From: Christensenella sp. UBA941
GTDB taxonomy: Bacteria > Bacillota > Clostridia > Christensenellales > UBA941
Length of the DNA: 45,899 bases
Reading direction: 5' to 3'
Assembly (NCBI GenBank): GCA_002293365.1
Contig: DBDD01000179.1
Location: 1 to 45,899 of the forward strand
Positions 39,711 through 45,899 of the stretch are shown here, piece after piece. Made by a program: the position numbers and the translations under genes. The notes under the pieces are model-generated. The model searched no databases, was not told the origin of the DNA, and saw only the letters and a program-made list of their open reading frames with translations. Within the stretch, counting starts at the first letter, position 1; each line of letters starts with the position of its first letter.

Positions 39711-40709
39711 TTATCTTGTATACTTCAGGTCATCCAGATAGAATTCGAGCATCCCGCCCCTTTCGTCCGGATCGTTTTGATTCGCGACCCATGCGAACGG
39801 CGTTTTAACGTATGACCAGCCTGCTTCAACCGGAAGCCGAACTTCCTGCCATTCGTCCGTCAGAATTATCGTTTCAAGACTTTGGCTGCCGTCGTCTCCC
39901 TCGATATATACCTTCACATCGCCAAGCCCCTCTCCTCCACGGATTTTAAACGTACACCATCGGTATATAGCGGGGTCGGGCCCGTTCTCTCCGGGGTCAA
40001 CGTCCCATTCTCCGGGCATCCAAAGCAGCGCGACCCCGCCCCAGCTGTGCGTATTCGTAGGTGTAAACGAAAACCGGATGGATTCTTCGCCGGAATAAGC
40101 GTAGCTGGCGTTATTTTCGTCCATGGCAATGCCGCCGCCGGCAGTCGGCATATATCCGTAATCCATATGACGATTCGCGCTTAGGGAATCGCTGTCGTCT
40201 TCGAACATATAAAACTCATCCAGCTCTGGCGTAGGCTCTGGTGTCGGCTCAAACGTCGGCTCCGCCGCTGGCTCTTGCGTAGGCGTTGGCTCGGGCATAG
40301 GCCCAGGCTCGGGCGTGGCTTCCGGCGCAAGCATAGGCGTCAACACCAGTGAACGCTTGTCGTAGCTCTTGTCCACAACGTTTTTTATGCTGCTGAAATC
40401 CACGTTGCCCGGTACGAGGTACAGCGCGGCGCTGTTGGCGCTTATCCCTTGGATATCTATTGAGAATATGCCGCTGCTTTCGTCGAACGACCGGAAGGGG
40501 GCGTTATTCGCATCCCTGTAAGGCGGCTCGGCGTCGTTTATATACACAAGCAACTTATGCTTGGCCGGATCGCCGTTTTGAACCGTACCGGCGATTTTGC
40601 CGTCCGGCGATACAAAGGCCTCGAGAAACGATGGCCTCGCCGATTCGCACGCGGTCGCCGCCAATAGCGCAAGGATCAGCGCTAGAGCGATTGTGGCCGT
40701 TCTTTTCAC
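39711..40709 (-). CDS. Lipoprotein with an N-terminal Ig-like(?) domain, a Pro/Glu/Thr linker and the conserved C-terminal domain, paralog B
   Basis: The protein has the lipobox LLAATAC, the linker PEATPEPGPMPEPTPTQEPAAEPTFEPTPEPTPE, and a C-terminal domain paralogous to 39022..39651. Confidence 0.5.
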   Translation of the reverse strand: MKRTATIALALILALLAATACESARPSFLEAFVSPDGKIAGTVQNGDPAKHKLLVYINDAEPPYRDANNAPFRSFDESSGIFSIDIQGISANSAALYLVPGNVDFSSIKNVVDKSYDKRSLVLTPMLAPEATPEPGPMPEPTPTQEPAAEPTFEPTPEPTPELDEFYMFEDDSDSLSANRHMDYGYMPTAGGGIAMDENNASYAYSGEESIRFSFTPTNTHSWGGVALLWMPGEWDVDPGENGPDPAIYRWCTFKIRGGEGLGDVKVYIEGDDGSQSLETIILTDEWQEVRLPVEAGWSYVKTPFAWVANQNDPDERGGMLEFYLDDLKYTR

Positions 40710-40761
40710 TTGAAGGCACCTCCTTGTATGTCATCCGCGGGGAACGCGAAAAAACTTCTAC

Positions 40762-41253
40762 CTAATCCCGAACATTTCCCGTTTTTGCGTCCCATACCTC
40801 ATCCAAAGCATAATCCCGCCGCAATATGCTCCAAACCGGCTCGCCGCTATTCGACAGCTCTTCAATATCGAGCCCGGCGGGTACGAGCAGCAGCGAATAA
40901 TACACCGCGCTCATATCGTCCGGCTGATCCTCGGAATACGCCGCGACGGCAAACGTGCCGTCGGGATTGACCGGGTTTACAGCCATATCGCTGGGCATGG
41001 CGTAGTATTCTTCGGAGGCTTCATCCATTTTGATGAACAATGCGACGCCATATGCGCCGGGAATCTCCGCGCCGGCTATGCGGCCCGTCACGGTATGCTC
41101 CCCGATGTTGTATTGATGCTCCCGGAAGTGTACGCCGCGCGAGAGAAATTGGCCGAAGATCAACAGCGTCCAGATGATGATTAGCAGTATCGCCGCCGCA
41201 ATTAATATCGCGGCGCGACGCTTGCCCGTCTGACGATCGCTCCTTTCGCTCAT
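40762..41253 (-). CDS. Single-pass membrane protein with an extracytoplasmic domain related to the N-domain of 39711..40709
   Basis: The TM helix is AAILIAAAILLIIIWTLLIFGQF. The start overlaps the upstream stop as ATGA. The shared pattern is ..I(A)G....(L)(F/V)(I/Y)...DG.F.......Y.L.(L)VP.G.D.. Confidence 0.45.
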   Translation of the reverse strand: MSERSDRQTGKRRAAILIAAAILLIIIWTLLIFGQFLSRGVHFREHQYNIGEHTVTGRIAGAEIPGAYGVALFIKMDEASEEYYAMPSDMAVNPVNPDGTFAVAAYSEDQPDDMSAVYYSLLLVPAGLDIEELSNSGEPVWSILRRDYALDEVWDAKTGNVRD

Positions 41254-42323
41254 GGCGCGGCCTCCCCGCGTTCCTCCGCGATCCTGTTCAGCGCCGCCTG
41301 TGCGTATGACATCGGTTCGAGCTCTTGGTTAATCAAGTGCCAATAGCCATCGTCATATTTGTTTTTCCATTTCTCTTCCAGCGCTGCGAAGTAGATTATT
41401 TCGATATCCTCCTTGCGTGAAAGCGCATAGACGTCTTCGAGGTAGCGGGCGGCGTTTTCGAAGCTTGGGACGGCCGCGCTTACGCTTTCCCCGGCATGCT
41501 TCCATCCGGTCTCCGAGCAGATAAGCATCGTACTATCTCCGGCGGCGCCGAGCAGCCTTTGATGCATATTTAGAAGCTCCTCCGCCGCGTTTTCGACTGA
41601 TATCCCCTCAAAGAACGGATAGTACGTGTATAGCGCCACATCTGCGGCTTTGATTACCTCGGGATGGCTCAAGAGCTCGCCAGCCGTATCGGACGTACCG
41701 ACGGGCAGCTCGTTTTCGAGCGCGCTTCTGACATATTCCATCCAACCTATCAGCGATTCCGCCGAATAGTCCGAGCGCATGAGGCCTTCGCTCCCGACGA
41801 CGAGAATATCCGCAAGGCCCTCGTTGCCAAGCCGTATCAGCGTATCAAGCTCCCCGCGTGCCATATCCTCGCTATAGCCGGGGCCAATCCAACAGCCGGC
41901 GATTATTCTGAATTTGAAATCATCCTTCGCGATTTGGTAGAGCTTTGTCAGCTCGCCGCTCACGCCAAACGTTCTTATTGTATCCGTGAAAGGAGCGATT
42001 GCCTCGAGCGCGTTGCGCATGTCGTTCTCCGATATGGGGCTTTGCGCGTCGGGATCCGCACCCGGCATATAGTAAGGTGAGAAATTCAGGCTAAGCGCCG
42101 GAGTATCTTTTGGATACTTCCACGCGGCGGCAAACGGTTCTTTGGAGGCGGCGGACGGCTCTTTGGACGCGGACGCCCTTATTCCCGGCGTGAGCGACGG
42201 CGAAGGCGCTGGCTCCGCCATGCCGTACGAGGACGCAGGATGCGCGAACGCGACCAGAAACAGCCCCACCAACGCTCCAAGGCATACTTCCAGCATGATC
42301 CCGATGCTTCTTGACAAATTCAT
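41250..42323 (-). CDS. Secreted GH17-like glycoside hydrolase
   Basis: The protein has an N-terminal hydrophobic signal/anchor. VVGSEGL resembles the GH17 acid/base region (vGNE) and ICSETGWKHAG resembles the nucleophile region (sEtGWPs.G). The AAGGAG RBS lies directly after the JAB gene stop. Confidence 0.5.
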   Translation of the reverse strand: MNLSRSIGIMLEVCLGALVGLFLVAFAHPASSYGMAEPAPSPSLTPGIRASASKEPSAASKEPFAAAWKYPKDTPALSLNFSPYYMPGADPDAQSPISENDMRNALEAIAPFTDTIRTFGVSGELTKLYQIAKDDFKFRIIAGCWIGPGYSEDMARGELDTLIRLGNEGLADILVVGSEGLMRSDYSAESLIGWMEYVRSALENELPVGTSDTAGELLSHPEVIKAADVALYTYYPFFEGISVENAAEELLNMHQRLLGAAGDSTMLICSETGWKHAGESVSAAVPSFENAARYLEDVYALSRKEDIEIIYFAALEEKWKNKYDDGYWHLINQELEPMSYAQAALNRIAEERGEAAP

Positions 42324-42335
42324 GGCCGGCTCCTT

Positions 42336-42848
42336 TCATATGCCATTATACAGTATTTCCTGCGGTTTGCGCACTGTACTATTGATACCCTTCAGCTTTT
42401 TATCCGGTAGCCGAACCGAAACTTTGCCGCCATTCCTATCAAACGCTTCAATCGCTTTCTTCTGCGGATTGATCACCGCGCTTATGCCGCCCGGAAAAAG
42501 CTTCAGATGCGTATCGGTATCCTCATGGGAAAGAAAAATACCGAGCTCATGCGGATGCGAATGAATGCTCCCGATAAGCTTCATGCCCATATCGTCCAAC
42601 ATCCACATGGCGAGCATCCAGATATCACCCGTCACCTTTACGTGAGAAGCGGAGGACGCGGCGCTGAGCAGCGGCAGCGCGCTCTTAACGATAACTCTGT
42701 TTCCCCGCTCCGCACCGCCCAGCGCGCATATCTGCTCGCGTTTGTTCCACACTCCGTCCATATTCCAGCCAAAGTACGCCTTGATAAGATTCCACGCATA
42801 GGGTTCGAAAACGGCGATTTTGGGCGCGGCGGCGCTATCTCGCTTCAT
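42336..42848 (-). CDS. JAB/MPN+ (JAMM) metallopeptidase
   Basis: The JAMM motif is GSIHSHPHELGIFLSHEDTD (H-S-H...S-x-x-D), with an upstream Glu in KREQICALGG. I moved the start to ATG 42848, which overlaps the E2 end by 14 nt. The listed ORF overlaps it by 92 nt. Confidence 0.75.
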   Translation of the reverse strand: MKRDSAAAPKIAVFEPYAWNLIKAYFGWNMDGVWNKREQICALGGAERGNRVIVKSALPLLSAASSASHVKVTGDIWMLAMWMLDDMGMKLIGSIHSHPHELGIFLSHEDTDTHLKLFPGGISAVINPQKKAIEAFDRNGGKVSVRLPDKKLKGINSTVRKPQEILYNGI

Positions 42849-43344
42849 CTTCGAATACCGGGCAAGGCATCGGGAAGCCCTCGGGCACGCCGCCTTTATA
42901 GCCTCTGCAAAAGCTCTCGCAATCACGATCCGCCTTGCTGGCGAAGTTGAACGTAGCGGGATCGAGGAACAAAACCCTGAGCGTGCGCACCGTCTCCGAA
43001 GCCAGCGTCTCGTCGGAACGCCACCTGCCGATACATACCTGCCCGCTTGCGTACACGTTCACATGGGCGGGCGGCGCGCTGATAAACTTTACCACAGGCG
43101 CTTCCTTCAAAGGATAATTCGCGCCCGCCTCGATGCAAAATACGTGCGGGCCATGGGATTCCGCCGGCGCGGCGTCCTTTTGCTTTACATAGGTTGGCGC
43201 GAAAACCGTAACCCGATAGCGGCGATACGGCTTTGAGCCCTCGCCCTCCACCTCGATATAGCCTTCGCGCCGAAGCGAATACATCAGCTCGCGCTCGGCC
43301 TCGAGCCGTGCGAGCATTCGCCGCGTGGCCGCGTTTTCAGCCAT
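42835..43344 (-). CDS. E2 (UBC-fold) ubiquitin-conjugating-enzyme-like protein
   Basis: The segment HVNVYASGQVCIG has the same H-x-N...C spacing as eukaryotic HPNINSNGSICLD. GAAGGAGG lies upstream and the gene starts 3 nt after the E1 stop. Confidence 0.7.
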   Translation of the reverse strand: MAENAATRRMLARLEAERELMYSLRREGYIEVEGEGSKPYRRYRVTVFAPTYVKQKDAAPAESHGPHVFCIEAGANYPLKEAPVVKFISAPPAHVNVYASGQVCIGRWRSDETLASETVRTLRVLFLDPATFNFASKADRDCESFCRGYKGGVPEGFPMPCPVFEDEAR

Positions 43345-43347
43345 TCT

Positions 43348-44499
43348 TCATACCTCCTTCGCGTAGATCTTCATCAAGGCCGCATAGTCGCGTGACATCC
43401 GGAAGGTATGCAGCTCGCCTCCTGGCCCCGCGGCGAGTATTTCGCCCATAAAGCGAAATCCCAGCTCCGCGAGCGCGCGTCCGCCCGCCGGGCCGCCCTT
43501 GGTGAATTGTGATATGACGACGGCGTCGTCCGCCGCTCTTTCCGATATAGGGCAGTGCCTCATATCGCTCTCTTTCACGCGGCGCAGCGGCTTTCCCACC
43601 GGATAAGACGCCCCGCAGCTTTTACAAGCGCCTTCAAGCACGTAATCGTCCGCGCCGAAAACCGTAACTCCCTCGCCGAGCGCGCGCTCCAGGCGCTCGA
43701 TAAGCTGATCCATCGTCGTCGCCGCGATATCGCCTTCTAGCATTATCGCCTGATGCGCTTCGCCATGGCAGGCGCATTTTGGATCGAAGCCGAGGTCGAA
43801 AGCATACATCTCGCCGAACTCCGTTTCGTAATAGCGGCGATCCGGGCCAGGCGTTTCAAGCCGGCGGGTCATTTCGGCAACGAGGCGGTTCGCGCATAAC
43901 GCTGAGGAGGTTTGCAGCGCGGACGCCCGGTTTTCCCGGACATCGCGTTCGTAGCGCGCCCCGCAAGAGGCAATTCGCGTGTCCCTTGACTGGGCTGGGT
44001 CTTTTTTGCAGCAAAGGCACGCGCCGCCGGGGCTGTTAATCAAAATTTCTGCGGAGCTGTTCCAGCCGTTGGTCGCCCCTCTATATACGGATACTCCGGA
44101 ATCGGCGGTCATTTCGCCGACATGCCAAACGCTTTCCATATTATCAAGGGCAACGACAACGGCGGTAAAATCGCGGAAGAACGCGCCGCCTAAATCGCGG
44201 ACGTCGGCTTCAAGCCAGGTGGCTTCACACGCAGGCTCCCAAGCGCGAATATAGCCGGCTAAAAGGCGCGCCTTACTCTTGCCCACGTCCCGCGCGGGAT
44301 GGAACAGCCCCGCGCTGCGCGGGCAGTTGTGCGCGCTTACGGCGTCGTAGTCGACGAGCGTGAAATTTCTGTAACCCATCTGCAGCGCGGCGAGTACGGC
44401 GTTACAGCCCACCGCGCCGCAGCCGAGCACGCATAGCTTGGCAGAACGGACGCGCGAAAGGGAAACGATATCGCCAAAGTCGTATACCACGCTTGCCAT
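43348..44499 (-). CDS. E1-like (ThiF/MoeB/UBA-type) adenylating enzyme
   Basis: The sequence has the Rossmann motif KLCVLGCGAVGCNAVLAL, DYDAVSAHNCPR (D.D.V...N..R), VGKSKARLLA and VVALDN, plus Cys pairs KCACHG / ACKSCG that form a Zn-site-like arrangement. I moved the start to ATG 44499 (MASVVYDFG). The listed 443-aa ORF would overlap the Ubl gene by 170 nt. Confidence 0.75.
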   Translation of the reverse strand: MASVVYDFGDIVSLSRVRSAKLCVLGCGAVGCNAVLAALQMGYRNFTLVDYDAVSAHNCPRSAGLFHPARDVGKSKARLLAGYIRAWEPACEATWLEADVRDLGGAFFRDFTAVVVALDNMESVWHVGEMTADSGVSVYRGATNGWNSSAEILINSPGGACLCCKKDPAQSRDTRIASCGARYERDVRENRASALQTSSALCANRLVAEMTRRLETPGPDRRYYETEFGEMYAFDLGFDPKCACHGEAHQAIMLEGDIAATTMDQLIERLERALGEGVTVFGADDYVLEGACKSCGASYPVGKPLRRVKESDMRHCPISERAADDAVVISQFTKGGPAGGRALAELGFRFMGEILAAGPGGELHTFRMSRDYAALMKIYAKEV

Positions 44500-44509
44500 A
44501 GCTGTCACC

Positions 44510-44782
44510 TCAGGCGTTGACGGTATCCGGCAATACCAATATCTCGATTTCACCCAGGCCGGGCCAAAGCGTGCCGATCGTATCGCGCTTATCGCCGAGT
44601 ACGCGCCTGTTGACGGAATCCGCGAACACCAAATCGCGCGCCCCAAAGGCCGAAGCGTTCTCCCTGTATAATGACTCAAGCTGATTTAGCGTCGCGGCGT
44701 CGCCGATTTCGATCCGAACCTCGTTGCCCGCGTTATCGCGTATGCTAAGTTTGCGCGTCCTGTCCGTAGTTTGATTATCCAT
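44510..44782 (-). CDS. Ubiquitin-like (beta-grasp) protein, 90 aa, C-terminus ...EIEILVLPDTVNA
   Basis: The secondary-structure pattern parallels ubiquitin: KLSIRD / EVRIEI strands, ATLNQLESLYRENAS helix, DLVFAD, then ...GEIEILVLP (compare STLHLVLRLRGG). GAGGGAGGA lies upstream. The gene lies directly upstream of E1. Confidence 0.6.
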   Translation of the reverse strand: MDNQTTDRTRKLSIRDNAGNEVRIEIGDAATLNQLESLYRENASAFGARDLVFADSVNRRVLGDKRDTIGTLWPGLGEIEILVLPDTVNA

Positions 44783-44840
44783 AATATCCTCCCTCTTAAA
44801 GCTTCTTTCAGTTTCTGCATTGTACTATTGCGCCGCTTCG

Positions 44841-45341
44841 CTATAATGCTGCCATAACCGCTTTGAATACGGCGTAGGCAACCGATAGCCCTGTAAAAAC
44901 GACGCAGGCTGCCAGCGATGTTTTTTTTAGCGACTCATCCTCCTCCATTAAAGCTTCGCCCAGGCGCTCCAATACTTGCGCTTTTTCTCCCTCCAAGGCT
45001 TCGATACGCCCCAGCAACTCCGCTTCGGCTTCGCCTTGCTCTCTGGCGCGAGCCCTTGCGCGCAATGCGCGCAAGGGATATTCGAGCACGCTATCGTCCC
45101 GCCGGCTGCGCTCCCTGAGCAGCAGCTGGTTGGCGCGTAAAAAGTAGAGCGGTTCGACGGAGTCGCACAAAGGGCACTTGTCCCGCCAGTCTTCAGAATA
45201 GAATACCTTTCGGCACTCGTGGCAGCATACGATTTCGTCGCCTGGCTGAAACCTCTGTAGCCATATCGATTCGCGCGGGCCATACGCAATGAACAGCGCG
45301 TCCTTCCGGGCGTCAAGCGTGTAGCGGAAATCGATCTCCAT
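44841..45341 (-). CDS. Zn-ribbon / coiled-coil / C-terminal tail-anchor protein
   Basis: The CxxC...CxxC motif is CCHECRKVF...CPLCDS. A charged coiled coil follows (RARARAREQGEAEAELLGRIEALEGEKAQVLERLGEAL). The C-terminal hydrophobic helix is LAACVVFTGLSVAYAVFKAVMAAL. GGGAG lies upstream. Confidence 0.5.
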   Translation of the reverse strand: MEIDFRYTLDARKDALFIAYGPRESIWLQRFQPGDEIVCCHECRKVFYSEDWRDKCPLCDSVEPLYFLRANQLLLRERSRRDDSVLEYPLRALRARARAREQGEAEAELLGRIEALEGEKAQVLERLGEALMEEDESLKKTSLAACVVFTGLSVAYAVFKAVMAAL

Positions 45342-45363
45342 GTCTTCGCTCCCTTTTTAAGGC

Positions 45364-45899
45364 TTACGCATGCATATCCAAATCGTCGCCGCCATTCGCG
45401 ATTTCGGCGTCTATCGTCAAAACCCCGTCGTCTATCAATTGCGCGACCGTGTAATAATCCGGAACGTTTGGCAGCATCCAGAATTCTGTTTGCCGTGCGC
45501 TGCTAGCCAAGCTAAGACGTTCTCTTTGCGCTCTGAGCGCTTCCAGCTCTTCGTCCATTCTTTCGGCATCCGCCTGCAGCGCGCTATGGAAACGGCTTCG
45601 CCCCGGCGCTTTGCGGAGGCTAATAAACCTGATAAACAGCAGCGGCAGCGCGAAAAGACCGGCGGAGGTTTTGCCGAAAAACGCAAAAACAGCCATAACT
45701 ATGAACATCATGAGCGCGGATATGCATAGCGCCCGATCGCCTTCTCTTCGCGCTATAAACGCATAAGCGCCTTCCGCGGAAGCTATGAGCGCAAAAGCGA
45801 CAAAGCCGGGGCCGGCAGCGCCGTCTATCGGAAACGCGGCGCTATCAAGAACGCGCAGCGCCGACGCGCAGCCAAGCACAGACGCCGCCGCGTATCCGA
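45364..45899 (-). CDS. Polytopic membrane protein with a cytoplasmic coiled-coil C-terminal domain (5' end outside window)
   Basis: At least three hydrophobic helices are present. The frame stays open upstream of the listed GTG (..GYAAAS-VLGCAS..) to the window edge. The C-terminus contains ..DAERMDEELEALRAQRERL... Confidence 0.5.
   Translation of the reverse strand, partial: GYAAASVLGCASALRVLDSAAFPIDGAAGPGFVAFALIASAEGAYAFIARREGDRALCISALMMFIVMAVFAFFGKTSAGLFALPLLFIRFISLRKAPGRSRFHSALQADAERMDEELEALRAQRERLSLASSARQTEFWMLPNVPDYYTVAQLIDDGVLTIDAEIANGGDDLDMHA

Noticed and set aside
42849-42926. N-terminal 26 aa of the listed JAB ORF
   Set aside because: It would overlap the E2 gene by 92 nt. The internal ATG 42848 gives a 14-nt overlap, which is typical of coupled genes.
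43348-44679. Long 443-aa version of the E1 ORF, overlapping the Ubl gene by 170 nt
   Set aside because: The N-terminal 60 residues are Arg/Ser/Trp-rich off-frame sequence. ATG 44499 starts the conserved region 11 nt after the Ubl stop.

Overview
Reading by eye only, with no searches run; family names come from motif recognition and need HMM or structure confirmation. The window has two parts.

(A) Positions 1 to ~37.36 kb hold most of an integrated temperate phage. Its left end lies outside the window and its right end abuts a tRNA-Val(UAC) gene. Nearly all of its genes are on the minus strand.
- Late module (terS down to position 1): terS, terL, portal, a Prp-like protease, scaffold, major capsid protein, adaptor-like and tail genes, an S74-chaperone tail fibre, a peptidoglycan-binding protein, a 3226-aa giant multi-domain (polyvalent-type) protein, and two collagen-repeat fibre genes. 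One fibre gene is missing from the ORF track because it runs off the window. No tail tube, sheath or classical tape-measure gene is visible, which suggests a podovirus-like layout.
- Early region (23.4-33.6 kb): rich in DNA-modification-type genes, namely a C5-MTase, an N6-MTase, a PP-loop/PAPS-reductase-like protein, DUF4406, DUF5131/Gp37-Gp68 and a beta-clamp-like fragment, plus a DnaD-like replication organiser.
- Right end: a divergent cI/cro-like switch with four TAGAC-N5-GTCTA operators, an AT-rich moron, and a tyrosine integrase.

(B) Positions 37.4-45.9 kb are host DNA carrying an HtrA-like protease, a string of secreted or cell-surface proteins (GH17-like, with two paralogous domain pairs), and, at the right edge, a compact operon. 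That operon encodes a polytopic membrane protein, a Zn-ribbon/coiled-coil/tail-anchored protein, a ubiquitin-like protein, an E1, an E2 and a JAB peptidase.

The operon is my top candidate for the interesting system. It is a Bil/6E-type bacterial ubiquitin-like conjugation module with an unusual gene context. Other signals worth a second look:
- a 15-nt GC-rich box placed just 5' of the Shine-Dalgarno of many early genes;
- an 18-nt element repeated at three late-gene junctions;
- a C5-MTase whose target-recognition region appears to be encoded in a different reading frame from its catalytic motifs;
- matching Prp-type cleavage motifs on both capsid and scaffold.
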